Of a stretch of 64,000 nucleotides of DNA, positions 60,528 to 64,000 are shown piece after piece (positions within the stretch are counted from its first letter, which is position 1; the number at the start of each line of letters is the position of its first letter). Origin of the DNA: Squalus acanthias. Its lineage: Eukaryota. The notes below the pieces were generated by a model. That model did no database searches. It saw nothing but the letters and a program-made list of their open reading frames with translations, and had not been told where the DNA came from. The stretch lies in NCBI GenBank assembly GCA_030390025.1, contig CM059432.1, positions 125,366,001-125,430,000 of the forward strand, written 5' to 3'. The position numbers and the translations under genes are program-made.

Positions 60528-61263
60528 AGGCTGGATCTTGCTGGAGCGGAGCGGGGCATCGCGTGGCGTACGCCACTAGTTAGACTTTTCCCTGCACCCT
60601 TCAGCTCAAAAATATTTTGTGCTGTAACTTGCTGGAAGTGCGAGGGCAACGTGGCATCTGGGACCTTAGTGAACGACGGGATCAACAGCATATCTCCTTA
60701 ACCAATGAGATTTAAGGATCGAGAAAGAAACAGAGGAATGACAGAGAAGGAAATAGGGTGAATTAGTCAAGTCAAGTACAGAAAGAGAAAGAGAGGGAAA
60801 GAAAGATTGGAAGAGAGAGAGAGAGAGATAAGAAGAGACAGAAAGGAAAAGTAAGAAAAAAATGTATAAAAATTAAAAGTTTGACATTTTTAAAATCTCT
60901 AACAATTGACTAAATGCAGGAATGAGATTGAACACTTTAAATTGTTCCCATTCTGGCACTGCATTAACAATTATCATGCCATTAAATGGTACTTACACTA
61001 TTAATTACCAGACTTATCTTTGTGGTGAGTTTAATGGGAAATTAATGTGTAAATCCATCCAGTTCTTAAAAATAACAGGAAGGCGAAGGGCGAGATGCCG
61101 TTTGTGTGAAGCAAATGGTGGAGCGACATAAATTGACCAGCAAGTTCTGAAGATTCGCAACTCACGGCGTATCTCTTCATCCCCTGAACTTACTGGCTGA
61201 CTTGTACATTAATAACGGCGTGCGTTTTTAACACACCCTTACTTTTCCAGCAAGTTCAGGCCC
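60528..61263. mobile_element. Old MITE
   Basis: TIRs AGGCTGGATCTTGCTGGA / TCCAGCAAGTTCAGGCCC. Confidence 0.7.
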
Positions 61264-62029
61264 ATTATTTCAATACCTACCATTTCTGTGTAGCCCTCCG
61301 ATATCTTCAGTTTTTCTATTACGACGTCTTGTATGCATCTGCTCAGTAGAAAGGCCTGCAAAAGTTTATTCGTAAGTTATGCCGGAAGCAAAATAGACAT
61401 TTGTTCAAAAATAGCATCTTGATGGCTCACATTTCAGTACATACACTGCTGGATTGGTGGCACCTTCACCAATTACTTGCCCTATTTGCTAACTGCAATG
61501 CACGGCCCAACTAAGCCATCCCCAACTGATTTTCACTGCCCTGTCCTCCCTTCCCTTATCCCCCCTCCCCCACAGCTCTTACTTCACCTGGCGCACCTCA
61601 GAATGGAAATTGAGTCAAGTGGATGGGGAGAATCGAACTTGCAACCTTCTTGTTCCTCAGCGCTGTGGATTGGGGCTCCAATACCACTCTGCTAACCCAA
61701 AAACAATTTTTGTTTAGAAGCAAAACTGTAGGCAATACAGCAGGTGAGAGCTCCAATGCACTGCAGTATGGAGTAGTAGAGAGCTCAATCATGCATTAAA
61801 AAAATTACAGGGTAATTATTTCCATTGACTTTAGCCATGTTGCAACAAAAGAGTTAAAAAGCAAAGGCCAGGTGCCTCCCACACAGGGGTAGGGGAAATC
61901 AGAAGCCTCCCCAGCTGCTTTTTTGCTCTTCCAATGGCCGGTTTCAGATCACCATTGATGGAGGCCGAGGAGCAGGTTGGCTGCCCAAGCTCATGGCTGG
62001 GCATGATAGGAGTTGACCCTAGAAAGGGA

Positions 62030-62829
62030 CATATAGAAACATAGAACAGTACAGCACAGTACAGGCCCTTCGGCCCTCGATGTTGTGCCGAGCATTGTCC
62101 GAGACCAAGATCAAGCTATCACACTCCCTATCACTCTGGTGTGCTCCATGTGCTTATCCAATAACCGCTTGAAAGTTCCTAAAGTGTCCGACTCCACTAT
62201 CACAGCAGGCAGTCCATTCCACACCCCAACCACTCTCTGAGTAAAGAATCTACCTCGGACATCCCTTCTATATCTCCCCCCATGCACCTTATAGTTATGC
62301 CCCCTTGTAACAGCTGCCTCTACCCGAGGAAATAGTCTCTGAACATCCACTCTATCTATCCCCCTCATCATCTTATAAACCTCTATTAAGTCGCCTCTCA
62401 TCCTCCTCCGCTCTAAAGAGAAAAGCCCCAACTCCCTCAATCTTTCCTCATAAGACCTCCCCCCCAAACCAGGCAGCATCCTGGTAAATCTCCTTTGCAC
62501 TCTTTCCAATGCTTCCACGTCCTTCTTATAGTGAGGTGACCAGAACTGCACACAATATTCCAAATGTGGTCTCACCAAGGTCCTGTACAGTTGCAGCATA
62601 ACCTCACGGTTCTTAAACTCAAACCCTCTGTTAATAAATGCCAACACACCATAGGCCTTCTTTACTGCTCTATCCACTTGAGTGGCAACCTTCAGAGATC
62701 TGTGGATATGAACCCCCAGATCCCTCTGCTCCTCCACGTTCCTCAGAACCCTGCCGTTGACCCTGTAATCCTTATTCAAATTTGCCCTACCAAAATGAAT
62801 CACCTCGCACTTATCAGGGTTAAATTCCA
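62030..62829 (-). mobile_element. CR1 3' fragment of a different subfamily, with an uninterrupted 239-aa ORF2 C-terminus
   Basis: FNPDKCEVIHFG, RDLGV, LYRTLVRPHLEYCVQFW, TRGH, FFTQRVV; (AACATAGA)n tail. Confidence 0.9.
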
Positions 62830-62896
62830 ATAAAAGTCCATAAAATGAACAGCTTTGGTAGTTCCTTTACTGTAGCAGTAGATTGCTGGACATCTA

Positions 62897-63140
62897 AAAG
62901 AGCAGGGGAGTTATCCCTGGTGTCCTGGCCAATATTTATCCCTCAATCAACATCACTAAAAAAAATTATCTGGTCATTATCACATTGCTGTTTGTGGGAG
63001 CTTGCTGTGTACAAATTGTCTGCCGTGTTTCCTGCATTACAACAGTGACTACACTTCAAAAGTAGTTAATTAGCTGTAAAGGGCTTTGAGACATCCTGAG
63101 GTCGTGAAAGACGCTATATAAATGCAAGTCTTTCTTTCTT
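62897..63140 (+). mobile_element. Deu-domain SINE, 3' half
   Basis: GAGCAGGGGAGTTATCCCTGGTGTCCTGGCCAATATTTATCCCTCAA followed by the L2-like tail GCTATATAAATGCAAGTCTTTCTTT. Confidence 0.75.
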
Positions 63141-64000
63141 TAAATGGAGGGCCGGCATTTATTTGAACCTTACCATCCCCCCATGTCCGGTGTTTGTCAT
63201 GGTCTCACTGTGCCATTAGATAGAGTACTTCTTAGAAATAAAGTGTGTGTGGCAGGAAATAGCTCGTTCAACCTCAAAAATGTACCTTTCTTAACATTTT
63301 TATTACTACTATAGGGTATTATAACAGACGGCAACTGTACAGAAATTTATAGCTCAGACTCTCCTACATTTTCAAATAAAGTAGTACTGGAAAGGAGGGG
63401 AACACAACTGCAGTGTGTACAAGAATCGTGAATTCACCACAACTAGAAAATGAGGAAATTTGAAGCATTTATAGAGGAAATACAGCTTCCAGCGAACTTA
63501 GTTTCAAAAGGAACCAACGAGTTGAGTAGAGGAAGTTAGGCAGCAAGAAGCATTTTTTAAATTTATTAAAGTAGCAGGGTAATGATTGAGAAAATGAATG
63601 GCATCCAGTATATTGTTGAAAAATGATTGAAATTCTAATTCCTATTTTCATTTGCTCTTGCTTCTGGAGGTTGAAGAAAAGCCTCCATTCAGATTGTTTT
63701 GTTTGTTTGTTGAGGTACCCATTTAAATGGTCATTGCTAGTAGTTCCTTCATCAATATATTGTGGTGGTATGTTTTGATCAATACAGGGAGTGGCGTCCT
63801 TCCAGATGACTTGCTTTTGCCCCGCCAAATAACCTCATCAAATCTGGTGAGCTAGCCCCCCGAAGGAGAAAACCCAAGTAGGAACGAAGGATGAACTAGA
63901 TGGGCCGAATGACCTCCCTCATCTGTACTTATCTTTGGGAAATTTCAGCTAAGATCGTAATTAAGATCCTAATTGATGAGTGTCCAACACTCAATGCTGT

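Noticed and set aside
63469..63828. 119-aa minus-strand ORF
   Set aside because: Non-ATG start, no recognisable motif and no clear splice boundaries

Overview
Eukaryotic, repeat-dense DNA. The repeat families (CR1 LINEs, SacSINE1/Deu-domain SINEs, LF-SINE-like elements, Penelope-like elements, PIF/Harbinger elements) point to a cartilaginous fish; this is an inference. Most of the window is nested transposable elements: a 4-kb Harbinger transposon with an open transposase ORF and a decayed 3-exon Myb/SANT gene, several Harbinger-type MITEs, many CR1 fragments, one full-length CR1, and Penelope-like elements carrying minimal hammerhead ribozymes. The best candidate for an undescribed system is a LINE at 23800-26806 (-). 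It starts with a tRNA-like A/B-box head, goes almost directly into endonuclease-RT coding sequence with no ORF1, has almost no TTTT on its sense strand, and has a matching head+tail SINE at 59445-59840. Together these suggest a Pol III-transcribed, protein-coding retrotransposon. Second is a full-length CR1 whose 5' tandem monomers each carry TATTTAAA 30-33 nt upstream of the next monomer start. Candidate host exons on the - strand (about 46.8-60.2 kb, next to a CpG-rich 27-bp minisatellite) and on the + strand could not be assigned to a known gene. Family names come from remembered consensus sequences, not a database search, and boundaries of old elements are approximate.
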